Assembly: GCA_041651195.1 (NCBI GenBank)
Contig: JBAZJR010000002.1
Coordinates: 53,857 to 117,856 of the forward strand
Source of the DNA: Patescibacteria group bacterium
GTDB taxonomy: Bacteria > Patescibacteriota > Patescibacteriia > Patescibacteriales > UBA12465
Length of the DNA stretch: 64,000 nucleotides
Reading direction: 5' to 3'
The position numbers and the translations under genes are program-made. Position 1 is the first letter of the stretch, and every line of letters starts with the position of its first letter. Shown here piece after piece: positions 1 through 9,139 of the stretch. The notes beneath the pieces were generated by a model. The model saw only the letters and a list, made by a program, of their open reading frames with translations. It had not been told where the DNA came from and ran no database searches.

Positions 1-33
1 TGCCCGAACCGCCGGATAAGATGATGCCTCGCA
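1..33 (-). CDS. rmlA: N-terminal fragment of a sugar-nucleotidyltransferase, probably glucose-1-phosphate thymidylyltransferase (gene runs off the window start)
   Basis: Not in the ORF track. The minus-strand ATG at 33..31 reads MRGIILSGGSG, the Gly-rich N-terminus typical of RmlA-type enzymes. It lies 40 nt downstream of rmlD in the same orientation. Confidence 0.4.
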
Positions 34-73
34 TATTTTTTAGGCGCGCCAACTGAAAGAGGCGCTTGATCGT

Positions 74-931
74 TTAATCGTTTAAATATTCTTTAAGGGC
101 CAGTTTCCAGGAACGCAGTTTCTTCACTTTCGTATTCAGGAGGACTGAGAATTTTGGCCGCCGCGCGGCGCGCTGGAGATTTTCACCACGGATAGCGCGG
201 ATCGGCACCTCTAAACGGCAGAGGCGAAATAATTCCAAAACCGCGTCATACCAAGTGCAGGGACCGTCGTTAACCAGGTGATAGATGCCGAAAGGCACCT
301 CCAATTCCCATAAACGTTTAGTCGCTTCGGCCAAGTCGGGCGTATAAGTAAAACAACTCAACTCTTCGTTGACGACCGTCAGTTCTTTCTTATCTTGCGC
401 TAATTCCAGCATTATGTCAAAAAAGCTGGGTTTTGCCTGGGGACTGGCACCGCGGGGGCCGAAAAGCTTGGAAGTCCGGATCAGATAGTGTTTCAATCCG
501 GCTGGCGCCCGCTTCAAGATCTCTCTCTCGCCCCAAGCCTTGCTATCGCCATACTTATTGATCGGATTCGGCGTTTCATCTTCCTGGAATGACTGCTTAG
601 AACCCGTACCATTAAAGACATAATCGGAGGAATAATGGATTAAGACGGCTCCCTGCTCTAGGGCGAGGTCGGCCAAGACGCCCGGGAGTTCGCCGTTTAA
701 TTTCTGGGCGACGCTATACTGAGCGGGCTCCTCACATTTATCAACAGCATTATAGGCGACGCAATTGATGATCAGATCCGGTTTCAGGGCCCGGATCTTT
801 TCGGCGAGCAAAACAAAATCCAGGACATCCAGATCATCGCGATCCCAGGAAATCACTTCATAGTCGGTATTGAGAACCTTGGTCAATTGCGTGCCGAGGT
901 TCCCTTGGCCGCCGAGGATGAGGATAGACAT
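74..931 (-). CDS. rmlD: dTDP-4-dehydrorhamnose reductase
   Basis: ORF 74..964. The likely start is the internal ATG at 931 (MSILILGGQGNLG Rossmann motif). YSSDYVFNG and YGDSKAWGE (YxxxK) are typical of RmlD. Confidence 0.85.
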   Translation of the reverse strand: MSILILGGQGNLGTQLTKVLNTDYEVISWDRDDLDVLDFVLLAEKIRALKPDLIINCVAYNAVDKCEEPAQYSVAQKLNGELPGVLADLALEQGAVLIHYSSDYVFNGTGSKQSFQEDETPNPINKYGDSKAWGEREILKRAPAGLKHYLIRTSKLFGPRGASPQAKPSFFDIMLELAQDKKELTVVNEELSCFTYTPDLAEATKRLWELEVPFGIYHLVNDGPCTWYDAVLELFRLCRLEVPIRAIRGENLQRAARRPKFSVLLNTKVKKLRSWKLALKEYLND

Positions 932-1044
932 ATATTCCATTATAGCAAATTTTCCAAATATCAACGACGCCTGCCCCGATGCCAGGCTTAAGCTGATAAA
1001 AGAGCTCCTCGGATAACGTTACGATTCAAAAATTAATACCGATG

Positions 1045-1073
1045 TTGACACCAATGAAATTTTTAAGTAAAGT
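1045..1073 (+). promoter_or_regulatory. candidate sigma70-type promoter for pyrD-like operon
   Basis: TTGACA (1045..1050), a 17-nt spacer, then TAAAGT (1068..1073). An AAGGAG RBS at 1131..1136 precedes the ATG at 1142. Confidence 0.3.
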
Positions 1074-1141
1074 TTGAGGAAGTAGTTTCTTTAACAACAT
1101 TAAGAAAATAACAGAAAAAACCAATAAATTAAGGAGTTAAG

Positions 1142-2116
1142 ATGATACTCAGGAACATTTATTTTAGTAATTGCTGGGTCGCCTCGGGCGCCTTGAGCTT
1201 TTTCGGCGAAGGTTACTGGCACCACGACCTCTTAAGGCGTTTAGTGCACGAATTCAAAAATGTAGATAACTGCACTTTCGTAGCCAAAACAGTTACTTTA
1301 GATTCGCGCCAAGGCAATATGCCTTTGGACAAGCACTTCCAACCCAGAGAGCTGAAACCGAAATGCATCAAGATCAAACCTTTCAAGGGTATTGTCTTGA
1401 ATTCAGTGGGATTAAGTAATCCGGGCACGATAGCGATACTTAAAACCGGACACTGGCAAGGCATCACTCAGCCATTCTTTATTTCTTTTATGGCTATCGG
1501 CTACAATTTGATCGGCCGCCTAGATGAGACAAAGAGATTCGTAGAGCTATTAGCCGCCAACCTCTCGGAATTCCGCGCACCAATCGGACTACAAATAAAC
1601 ATATCTTGTCCGAATATCCAGCATAACACGCAAGAACTCGTTAACGAGGCTATCAAAATGCTGCAAATAGCTTCCGAGTTAAATATCCCGCTGGATTTGA
1701 AAGCTAATATCTTCCTGCCTGACCGCCTCGCCCAAGAAATAGACGCTAGCGGCTTATGCGATATCCTGACCCTTTCCAACACGATCCCCTACGGCACGGA
1801 AAACCTGGGCTTGGATTGGAAAAGATTATTCGGTGAAACATCGCCGCTCAAAAAATACGGTTATGGTAACGGCGGACTATCTGGAAAACCAGTTTTGCCA
1901 TTAGTTCTTAAAAAAATCGAAGAACTGAGAATGGCTGGTGTCACGATGCCCATCAAAGGGAGTGGCGGCATCCTGAAGTCGGCTGATGTCTATGCCATGA
2001 AAAAAGCCGGCGCGAACGCTATCGAAATCGGCAGCGTACTCATGCTCCGGCCCTGGCGAGTCAAGGAAATCGTCGATCGGGCTAATTTTCTGTTCATCGG
2101 ACAAATTTACAAGTAA
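1142..2116 (+). CDS. pyrD: dihydroorotate dehydrogenase, class-1-like
   Basis: NSVGLSNPG, INISCPN (class-1 catalytic Cys motif), GGLSGKP and GSGGI motifs. A strong RBS is present. Confidence 0.75.
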   Translation: MILRNIYFSNCWVASGALSFFGEGYWHHDLLRRLVHEFKNVDNCTFVAKTVTLDSRQGNMPLDKHFQPRELKPKCIKIKPFKGIVLNSVGLSNPGTIAILKTGHWQGITQPFFISFMAIGYNLIGRLDETKRFVELLAANLSEFRAPIGLQINISCPNIQHNTQELVNEAIKMLQIASELNIPLDLKANIFLPDRLAQEIDASGLCDILTLSNTIPYGTENLGLDWKRLFGETSPLKKYGYGNGGLSGKPVLPLVLKKIEELRMAGVTMPIKGSGGILKSADVYAMKKAGANAIEIGSVLMLRPWRVKEIVDRANFLFIGQIYK

Positions 2117-2175
2117 CCGCTCATCATAACTAACAATAACCATATTTCTTAACAAACAATGTAACGGAGGTACTA

Positions 2176-3726
2176 ATGAACAGTAAAAAAATCTTTATCC
2201 TACCGGTAGACGGCTATGCTAACGGCGCAACCTGCGTTTCGACCGTCCAATCACTTTTTACGGAACCGGATTTCCCCGGATTTATTTCCCATATCAAGCT
2301 GAACGATGCCCTGCATAACACTGATGTTGGCGGACCGGTATTGAATAAGACTATCAGCGGACTGGTAGCCGAACAGGAAACTAAAATGTTCCTGGACTTC
2401 AAGATATTCGATGTTTCAGCGACCATGGTAAACTATCTCAAAAAATATCTTGACTGTCCGCCAGATATTTTAACCGTCAGCTCGCAATGTGGCATTAAAG
2501 GAATATTGGAACTCAGGAGACTGCTGCCAGCAACCAAATTAGCTATGGTCAGCGTGCCCACCGATATTTCTGATGATGAATGCAACGACCGTTTCGGGCA
2601 AGCACCGGCTGTTAAAATCTATAATGACCTGCAAAACCTACGCCGATCCTACCAGAAGAAAGCCAAACCGGAAGATAATCTAGAGCCTTTCGATCTGGTG
2701 GTCTGCTCGGCATATGAACTACCATTTCTGAAAAAGAACCTGCCGGCCAATTATAAATTCATCGTACCGGCTATCCGCGACGAATGGATGAGAAACCCGA
2801 ATGAACACCAGGAACGTAAGGTCGGGGTCTTGGAAGCGATGAATCTAGGTGCTGATTTTATCGTCATGGGCGCCCAGCTGACCAAGGGCAACCCGTCGAT
2901 GAATATCAGCCCGGCTAAAAGTCGCGAATTGACCATGGCAGAAGTAAATAAGTTCTACAATCCAAAACTAGCTATTTCCTTTGATTCGTCTGATACGCTC
3001 GAGTCTAAAACTCCGCTGATGGTACTCGAATCCTGCCACGGCTATTACAAAAGCTCGGCACTTGAAGAAGGCAAGCGTCTGGTAGCGTATGCCGGCACCT
3101 ATGATGCTTACGACGGAGCGGCTGTCCAACATGTACCGATGATCAAGAATTTCGTGGGATTTGAATACTTTAACTTTGCGAAAGCGGAGGAAGATCCTGA
3201 TATCCTGGATTACTTCGGTAAGATGGTAGCAGACCAAATCAAAGCGGCTGGCGTAAAATGCGACGTAGTAGTCGGCGCGCCAATGGGCGGAATATGCTTA
3301 GCGACGGCAGTCGGCCGTCATCTGCATTGCCGCCATATATTTGCGGAAAAGAAAACTATTTCCCTAGCTAACGAAAGCGGCGGCAAAGAAAAAAGCAAGC
3401 TAGTCATCAGTCGCCACGATATCAGGCCAGGCGATAACGTAATCCTGATCGAAGATGTCTGTAATAATTTCTCCACTACGGAGAAACTGCAGGCGGAGAT
3501 TATCGGACAAAACGGCGTTCTAAATATGATCGCTTGTGCTTTCAACCGTTCCGGCAAACACGAATGGAATAGTATCCCGGTTGCCGAAAGCTATTTTATC
3601 CCTACAGAACAGTACAAACAGGAAGACCCCTTGGTAGCGGATCTGATCGCTGCCGGCAAAATAAGCTGGAATCCAAAACCGGAATGGGGAGCCTTGATGG
3701 CATGGCGCTCCTCTTTCCCAAAATAA
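2176..3726 (+). CDS. fused OMP decarboxylase (N-terminal) / orotate phosphoribosyltransferase-like (C-terminal) protein
   Basis: N-terminal half has HIKLND and DFKIFDVSAT (DxKxxDIxxT-like ODCase motif). C-terminal half has VVVGAPMGG and VILIEDVCNNFSTT (type-I PRTase PRPP loop). GGAGG RBS at 2167..2171. Confidence 0.7.
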   Translation: MNSKKIFILPVDGYANGATCVSTVQSLFTEPDFPGFISHIKLNDALHNTDVGGPVLNKTISGLVAEQETKMFLDFKIFDVSATMVNYLKKYLDCPPDILTVSSQCGIKGILELRRLLPATKLAMVSVPTDISDDECNDRFGQAPAVKIYNDLQNLRRSYQKKAKPEDNLEPFDLVVCSAYELPFLKKNLPANYKFIVPAIRDEWMRNPNEHQERKVGVLEAMNLGADFIVMGAQLTKGNPSMNISPAKSRELTMAEVNKFYNPKLAISFDSSDTLESKTPLMVLESCHGYYKSSALEEGKRLVAYAGTYDAYDGAAVQHVPMIKNFVGFEYFNFAKAEEDPDILDYFGKMVADQIKAAGVKCDVVVGAPMGGICLATAVGRHLHCRHIFAEKKTISLANESGGKEKSKLVISRHDIRPGDNVILIEDVCNNFSTTEKLQAEIIGQNGVLNMIACAFNRSGKHEWNSIPVAESYFIPTEQYKQEDPLVADLIAAGKISWNPKPEWGALMAWRSSFPK

Positions 3727-3753
3727 TCAAAGATAACCAACAAAAATATCAAT

Positions 3754-3785
3754 CAAAAAAAGAGTATCGCCAGATACTCTTTTTC
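3754..3785. terminator. bidirectional rho-independent terminator between pyrFE (+) and murF (-)
   Basis: A-run, stem AGAGTATC (3761..3768), loop GCCA, stem GATACTCT (3773..3780), T-run. Confidence 0.6.
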
Positions 3786-3863
3786 ATTTCTCTCACCATT
3801 ATCTATTTCGATTTAACCGTTATCTATTTCATGGTTCTCGCCGGCCTGATCGTCCGATTCTAT

Positions 3864-5177
3864 TTACCCGGCCACTCCTCGCCCTTGCCTGACTAAAAGC
3901 TCTCCCGCCCGTTCCGGCTCGGCCATTATTTCCTTGACAATCCGCTCCAGCCGCGCTCCTTGGGAACCCTTGACCAGAACAATGTCGCCTGCCTTGAGCC
4001 GGTTCTGCAAAAATCGCCCGGCTTCTTCCGTCCGATCGAAATAAAAGATATAGTCGTCGGCCATCCCCGCCTCGGTCGCGCCGCGAATGATATCGCGCGC
4101 TTTCTCGCCCACGGCAATCAACCCATCGATGCCGCTCGCCGCCAATTTCGCGCCGACGGCGCGATGCCCCTCCTCCGTATACGAACCTAATTCCAACATC
4201 TCGCCTAAGACCGCATATTTTCGAGCCGTTTCTTCGACTTTTATCCGACCTAGGATATCCAGAGCGGACATCGCCGCTTCCGGCGAGGAATTATAAGTAT
4301 CATCGATGATGAAAGTATGCTTGATGCCCGGCAAGATATTCATCCGTCCCGGCGGCAAGGAGAAATCGCGCAAAGCGGCAGCAATCTCTACCAAATTTAG
4401 GTCGAAATAAAGCCCGACGGCGACAGCGGCGAGCGCCGCGGAAAGAGCGCCTTCCGTCAAAACATTATCTAGGAACAATGGAACGACCGCGCCCTGGCGG
4501 TTCAATTTGCAATTCAAGCCAGCTAGCTCATAACTGCCCTTAGTAAAATTGAAAACCAAATCTTGCGCTTGCAGATCAGCGCCTGGTTTCAAGCCGTAAG
4601 TCAGGACTCGGGCGCGGCTCGCCGCCGCCATCTGCCGCGTCGCTTCATTATCATGATTAAGGACGACTAAGCCTTGACGATCGACATTCTCCACTAAAAC
4701 CTGTTTTTCTTTCTGGACCTCGGCGACGCTCCCGAAATATTCGAGATGAGCGGGACTGACATTGGTGACGAGCGCGACCATCGGTGTCGCGATCCGAGTC
4801 AAATAAGCTAAATCGCCCGGGCGGTCTGCGCCCATCTCCAGGATCAAGACGCGCGGATAATCCGGATCTCTAAATAAGAGCCGACGCCCGGCCAGCCAGA
4901 ATATCTGGAACCAGCCGCCGAGATCGCGTCCGGGAGACGCGGCGCCGATGATCGTGAGCGGCACGCCGAATTCATTATTATAATTCTTCCGGCTCATCCG
5001 GACGCTTAATTTCTCGCGCAAGACGTGATAGATCGCCTCTCTGGCGCTGGTCTTGCCGATCGAACCGGTAACCGCAACAATCGTCGGCTGATATTTCTTA
5101 AGGATCAGCCGCGCTAAAAATTTTAATTTTAACCTTATCAATCGACGCATATCTATCTGATCGCCTAAGCGGCGCAT
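3864..5177 (-). CDS. murF: UDP-N-acetylmuramoyl-tripeptide--D-alanyl-D-alanine ligase
   Basis: VTGSIGKTS P-loop and Mur ligase layout. The start lies 3 nt after the ftsI stop, at the last position of the dcw block. Confidence 0.85.
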   Translation of the reverse strand: MRRLGDQIDMRRLIRLKLKFLARLILKKYQPTIVAVTGSIGKTSAREAIYHVLREKLSVRMSRKNYNNEFGVPLTIIGAASPGRDLGGWFQIFWLAGRRLLFRDPDYPRVLILEMGADRPGDLAYLTRIATPMVALVTNVSPAHLEYFGSVAEVQKEKQVLVENVDRQGLVVLNHDNEATRQMAAASRARVLTYGLKPGADLQAQDLVFNFTKGSYELAGLNCKLNRQGAVVPLFLDNVLTEGALSAALAAVAVGLYFDLNLVEIAAALRDFSLPPGRMNILPGIKHTFIIDDTYNSSPEAAMSALDILGRIKVEETARKYAVLGEMLELGSYTEEGHRAVGAKLAASGIDGLIAVGEKARDIIRGATEAGMADDYIFYFDRTEEAGRFLQNRLKAGDIVLVKGSQGARLERIVKEIMAEPERAGELLVRQGRGVAG

Positions 5178-5179
5178 GA

Positions 5180-7129
5180 TTATTTCCTAGTCTTCGGCAC
5201 CTGATAATATTTCAGCATGAAATCCGCGATCTCGGACCAGAGAGGCAGGGCCGAACCTTCCGCGTATTGGACGTCTTTGGGATCATTGATCTTAGTCAGC
5301 ATGACGAAAGCCGGATTATCGATGGGCGCGATGCCGACGAAAGTATGGATGTATCGATCCTTGCTATAACCGCCGCTATCAGCGACCTGAGCCGTGCCCG
5401 TCTTGCCGCCGACATAATAACCATTGATATAGGCGCGCTTGGCGTGGCCGAGCTCCACGACGTTGACGAGCATCGCGGAAACGGTCGCCGCGGTCTTAGC
5501 GCTGATCACCCGACCGAGTTGCTTCGGCATGATCTCTTCCCTCTGGCCATCATGGATGACCGCTTTGACGATATAAGGCTTCATCAGGATGCCGTGGTTA
5601 GCGATCACTTGGTAAGGCATCAGCATCTGGAGCGGGGTGGCCGCGATACCCTGCCCGAAAGAGGCGGTTGCCGCGTCAATTTCCTTGACCTTGCTGCCCA
5701 AGAGGTTGCCGATATTGCCGCTGGCTTCCGCGCCGAGCTCGATGCCGGTCTTTTCGCCGAAGCCGTATCTCTTCACGTAGTCGGCAAAATCTTTCGGCCC
5801 GACCTGCCGCATGGCAAAAATCGCGCCGGTATTCAAAGAATATTCTAAGACCGTATTCATATCGACGACGCCGTGCGGACCATGCGTGGTAAAATCTGAA
5901 TTCCGGATCGGCTTAGACCAGCCCTTGATCATCATTTCTCCGGTATCATTATAGGTTGTGGACGGCACGACCTTGCCCTGGTCCAGGGCAATCGACATCG
6001 TGACGGTCTTAAAAACCGAGCCAGGCTCGTATTGGTCGAGGACGGCCGGATTCTTGAAAACGCCCAGATCCTTCACCGCCTGGAAATCATTCGGGTCGAA
6101 ATCCGGCACTGAACACATCGCGATGATGCCGCCCGTCGCCGGATTCATGACCACGACCGAACCGCCGCTCGCGCCATGCTTCTTGACCGCTTCTTTTAAT
6201 TTCTCACAGGCGGTAAACTCCACATTACGGTCGATCGTCAAAACCAGATCAGCGCCGGCGACCGGCTTGATATATTCCCGGTCATTGACGATGATGACAT
6301 TAGCTTTAGCGCCTTTTTCTGATTTAAGCGAACCGTATTGGCCGAACAGTTCTTCATTAAAAAATTCTTCCAAACCATATTTTCCGGCTCCTTCGCCGCT
6401 CGCGTAACTGACGAATCCTAAAAGATGCGCGCCGATCTCTTTCTCCGGGTAATAGCGCAGATTCTCAATATTAAAATCCAAGCCCGGTATCTTCAAAGTC
6501 GTAGCCGGCGTCCCGCTCGCGCTCTTGCGGACGACCTGATAATTAACCAAAGCTAGATCGGAAGCCGAAACCGGCGTCGAACTGGCGCTAGCCAGATAAG
6601 CATAAAAATCCAGGAGCCCATCGATGTCTAATTTCTTATTGTCTAAAGGCTCATAGAGGTCGTCTGGCCGATCCAGGCGCTTCAAATAGCCGCCGATCAG
6701 CTCCTCCTTAGTGCTGGTGGCGATGACCAGAGGCGTGCCGCTCGCCGTCTTTTTCAATTCTTCCTCCAAGCGCGGCCGGTCGAAATATTCATAAAACCGC
6801 TCCGCCAAAGCCCGCGGATCCGGGACGTCTTTCGGAATCGCGTACAAGACTGCGAAATCCTTATTAGTCGCGACCGGATAAAGCTTCTCTTGATTATTGA
6901 TATTCTCTGTGAAATAAATCTTCCCGCGCTCCGGCTTCAAGCGGCTAGAGACTTGCTGCTGGCCGGCGGCCATCGCGGTATACATATCGCATTGCTTGAT
7001 CTGCAGATTGAATAATTTATAGACGATCGCGCCGGCAAATAAAAAAATAATCGCTACGACTAAGCGCCAGCGACTAAGGCTAATACGGGTTCTCTCCGGC
7101 CGGGAGCCAGTTTGCGGGTTACGCCACAT
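5180..7129 (-). CDS. ftsI: class B penicillin-binding protein / septal transpeptidase
   Basis: N-terminal TM helix. SVFK (SxxK), SLN (SxN) and KTGTAQ (KTG) transpeptidase motifs. dcw context. Confidence 0.85.
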   Translation of the reverse strand: MWRNPQTGSRPERTRISLSRWRLVVAIIFLFAGAIVYKLFNLQIKQCDMYTAMAAGQQQVSSRLKPERGKIYFTENINNQEKLYPVATNKDFAVLYAIPKDVPDPRALAERFYEYFDRPRLEEELKKTASGTPLVIATSTKEELIGGYLKRLDRPDDLYEPLDNKKLDIDGLLDFYAYLASASSTPVSASDLALVNYQVVRKSASGTPATTLKIPGLDFNIENLRYYPEKEIGAHLLGFVSYASGEGAGKYGLEEFFNEELFGQYGSLKSEKGAKANVIIVNDREYIKPVAGADLVLTIDRNVEFTACEKLKEAVKKHGASGGSVVVMNPATGGIIAMCSVPDFDPNDFQAVKDLGVFKNPAVLDQYEPGSVFKTVTMSIALDQGKVVPSTTYNDTGEMMIKGWSKPIRNSDFTTHGPHGVVDMNTVLEYSLNTGAIFAMRQVGPKDFADYVKRYGFGEKTGIELGAEASGNIGNLLGSKVKEIDAATASFGQGIAATPLQMLMPYQVIANHGILMKPYIVKAVIHDGQREEIMPKQLGRVISAKTAATVSAMLVNVVELGHAKRAYINGYYVGGKTGTAQVADSGGYSKDRYIHTFVGIAPIDNPAFVMLTKINDPKDVQYAEGSALPLWSEIADFMLKYYQVPKTRK

Positions 7130-7176
7130 AAAGATAAGGTAAATTGCCTAGGATAAATTGCCAAATAGCGGACTGA

Positions 7177-7518
7177 TCACCGGGCTAAAGCGACCGCCGC
7201 GGTCATGCTGATATACTCGACGTCTCCGACCGAAACCATATTCAAATTCTTGGTCCGGGCATTCAGGGAATAATAAGATTGGGCGGCATTGACCGCTTCT
7301 TCATATTCCAGGTTCGCGCTGGCGAGCGTCGCCGCTTGCGATTTCAGGTCGCGCAAAGCGAAACCGAGAACGGTCAGATCGCTGATATTGACCAGATACA
7401 GGACGCCGACGACGGAAATTAGCGCACCCAGGCCGAAGTTGAAATATTTTAGATTAAAACGTCTGCTCTGCGCCGATTGGTTGGCAGCGGCGGCATAGCC
7501 GTTGATGATCTTAGTCAT
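7177..7518 (-). CDS. small bitopic cell-division protein, FtsL-like
   Basis: 113 aa with a single TM (FGLGALISVVGVLYLV) followed by a helical segment. It sits between rsmH and ftsI, as ftsL does. Confidence 0.5.
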   Translation of the reverse strand: MTKIINGYAAAANQSAQSRRFNLKYFNFGLGALISVVGVLYLVNISDLTVLGFALRDLKSQAATLASANLEYEEAVNAAQSYYSLNARTKNLNMVSVGDVEYISMTAAVALAR

Positions 7519-7565
7519 AATTTCAGGCGAACCCGAGAACGGGCATATCTTAATTTAAAAATTAT

Positions 7566-8453
7566 CTAAATTTTGGCCGCGGCGCGGAGCTTGGCGCTCC
7601 GAGCGCGGGGATTGGCGGCGATTTCCGCCGGCGTCGGGACAAGCGGGCGCTTCGTAAGTATCTGCAGATCGGCCGCGGCTTTGAAAAATCTTTTCACGAT
7701 CCGGTCTTCACCGCTATGGAAGGATATGACAACCAATCTTCCTTGCGGTTTCAGCAATCTGACCGCCTGCGGCAAAACCTCTTCGATCGCCTTCAGTTCT
7801 TCGTTAGTCTCCATCCTTAAAGCTTGGAAGACCCGGGTGGCAGGATGGATCTTGGTCCGGAAACGGATCGGAACAACGCTTTCGATGATCGCGACCAGAT
7901 CGGCCGTCGTTTTCAGCCGCTTCTCGCGGCGAACGGCCACGATCGCTTTGGCAATCTGGTAAGCGCGACGCTCCTCGCCATATTCCCGGAAAATCCTAGT
8001 CAGTTCCAAAAGCGGGTACTGATTGACGATGTCCGCGGTAGACCCACGATTAACCGGTCCGAAAGCCATATCTAGCGGCCGCTCGCCCTGGAAGGAAAAG
8101 CCGCGCGCTTCATCAGCCAACTGGGCCGAAGATAAACCGAGATCGAAGACTATCCCGTCGAACTGAGTGCCGACTGGATAGCGCGCCGCGACGATACTGC
8201 TTAAATTTTTAAAATTATCCTGGACTAAAACTATATTTGATAAACCTTGCGATTTAATGATGGTCGCGGCGTTCTCGATCGCCAATCCGTCAAGATCGAT
8301 CCCGATTACTCCGCCTTGCGGTCCGACTTTTTCCGCCAGAGCGATAGTGTATCCGGCGCCGCCTAAAGTCCCATCGATGAATTTCTGTCCCGAGCGAGGC
8401 TTAAGATATTCCAGAACTTCAGCCAACATGACCGGGATATGCAGATAAGGCAT
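7566..8453 (-). CDS. rsmH: 16S rRNA (cytosine1402-N4)-methyltransferase
   Basis: ORF 7566..8540. The likely start is the ATG at 8453 (MPYLHIPVML), 2 nt after the mraZ stop. DGTLGGAGY and FDLGLSSAQL motifs. Confidence 0.9.
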   Translation of the reverse strand: MPYLHIPVMLAEVLEYLKPRSGQKFIDGTLGGAGYTIALAEKVGPQGGVIGIDLDGLAIENAATIIKSQGLSNIVLVQDNFKNLSSIVAARYPVGTQFDGIVFDLGLSSAQLADEARGFSFQGERPLDMAFGPVNRGSTADIVNQYPLLELTRIFREYGEERRAYQIAKAIVAVRREKRLKTTADLVAIIESVVPIRFRTKIHPATRVFQALRMETNEELKAIEEVLPQAVRLLKPQGRLVVISFHSGEDRIVKRFFKAAADLQILTKRPLVPTPAEIAANPRARSAKLRAAAKI

Positions 8454-8454
8454 A

Positions 8455-8886
8455 TCAGATGCCGAGATCCCCCAATTCTTCAGCGATAGAATTACTATTG
8501 CGATCGGCCTCCGCCTTGTACTGCGACCAAGCTCCCTCATCCCAGACCTCCAAGTGATTATACAGGCCGGCGATGATCACGCTCTTTTTTAAACTGGAAA
8601 AAGTCCGCAGATATTCCGGCAGAGTGACCCGACCCTGATTATCAAATTCCACATCCATGGCGCCCGCTAGCATATGCCGCGTAAAAGCGCGCGCCTTAGA
8701 CTGGCTGATCGGCAGAGCCGCCAAATTCTTGGCGATCTTCTCGAACTGCTCTTTTGAATACAAAAATAAGCAGTTGTCCAAACCCTTGGTCACGACTGCT
8801 CCTTTCTTTAAGATGGCACGGAACTTGGCCGGTATAGCCAAACGTCCCTTGTCATCCAGGTTGTGATTGTATTCGCCGATAAACAT
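8455..8886 (-). CDS. mraZ: transcriptional regulator MraZ
   Basis: Two DxxxR repeats (DDKGRLAIPAKFR, DNQGRVTLPEYLR). First gene of the dcw block. Confidence 0.9.
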   Translation of the reverse strand: MFIGEYNHNLDDKGRLAIPAKFRAILKKGAVVTKGLDNCLFLYSKEQFEKIAKNLAALPISQSKARAFTRHMLAGAMDVEFDNQGRVTLPEYLRTFSSLKKSVIIAGLYNHLEVWDEGAWSQYKAEADRNSNSIAEELGDLGI

Positions 8887-8929
8887 AATTAAGGGTGTCA
8901 GCGAGGATTCATGGTGATGACAAGCAAAG

Positions 8930-8988
8930 TTTCACCTTAATTCCCCACATTTCACCTTACAAGTTTTATTATACACCACATATCACCT
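8930..8988 (-). promoter_or_regulatory. direct repeats in mraZ leader/promoter (candidate MraZ boxes)
   Basis: Minus-strand 13-mer AGGTGA(A/T)ATGTGG at 8945..8957 and 8976..8988 (31-nt period). The exact 10-mer tttcacctta (plus strand) occurs at 8930..8939 and 8950..8959. Confidence 0.45.
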
Positions 8989-8996
8989 AGGGTCAA
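8968..8996 (-). promoter_or_regulatory. candidate sigma70-type promoter of the mraZ/dcw operon
   Basis: On the minus strand: TTGACC (8996..8991), a 17-nt spacer, TATAAT (8973..8968) preceded by GTG. Confidence 0.5.
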
Positions 8997-9022
8997 CCTT
9001 AATCTTTTATTGTAAATCAGCC

Positions 9023-9058
9023 AAAAAACCAAACAAAAAACCACTTATCAACAAGTGG
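9023..9058 (-). terminator. rho-independent terminator after tsaB-like gene
   Basis: Minus strand: CCACTT-GTTGAT-AAGTGG hairpin followed by TTTTTTGTTTGGTTTTTT. Confidence 0.6.
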
Positions 9059-9139
9059 CCATTGAAAATAAAAATAATTTGCCAAAAATGTCTAAAAGTT
9101 TTCAACAACTAGTACACAAGCGCTAAATTTTATATTTTG

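Noticed and set aside
3684-3896. 70-aa plus-strand ORF spanning the pyrFE-murF intergenic region
   Set aside because: It crosses a strong bidirectional terminator hairpin (3754..3785) and overlaps the ends of two real genes. The short direct repeat TTATCTATTTC x2 (about 3799 and 3821) inside it is noted, but its significance is unclear.
5267-6407. Plus-strand ORFs 5267..5848 and 5958..6407 inside ftsI
   Set aside because: They are antisense to a PBP gene that has all three transpeptidase motifs. These are GC-driven open frames with low-complexity translations.
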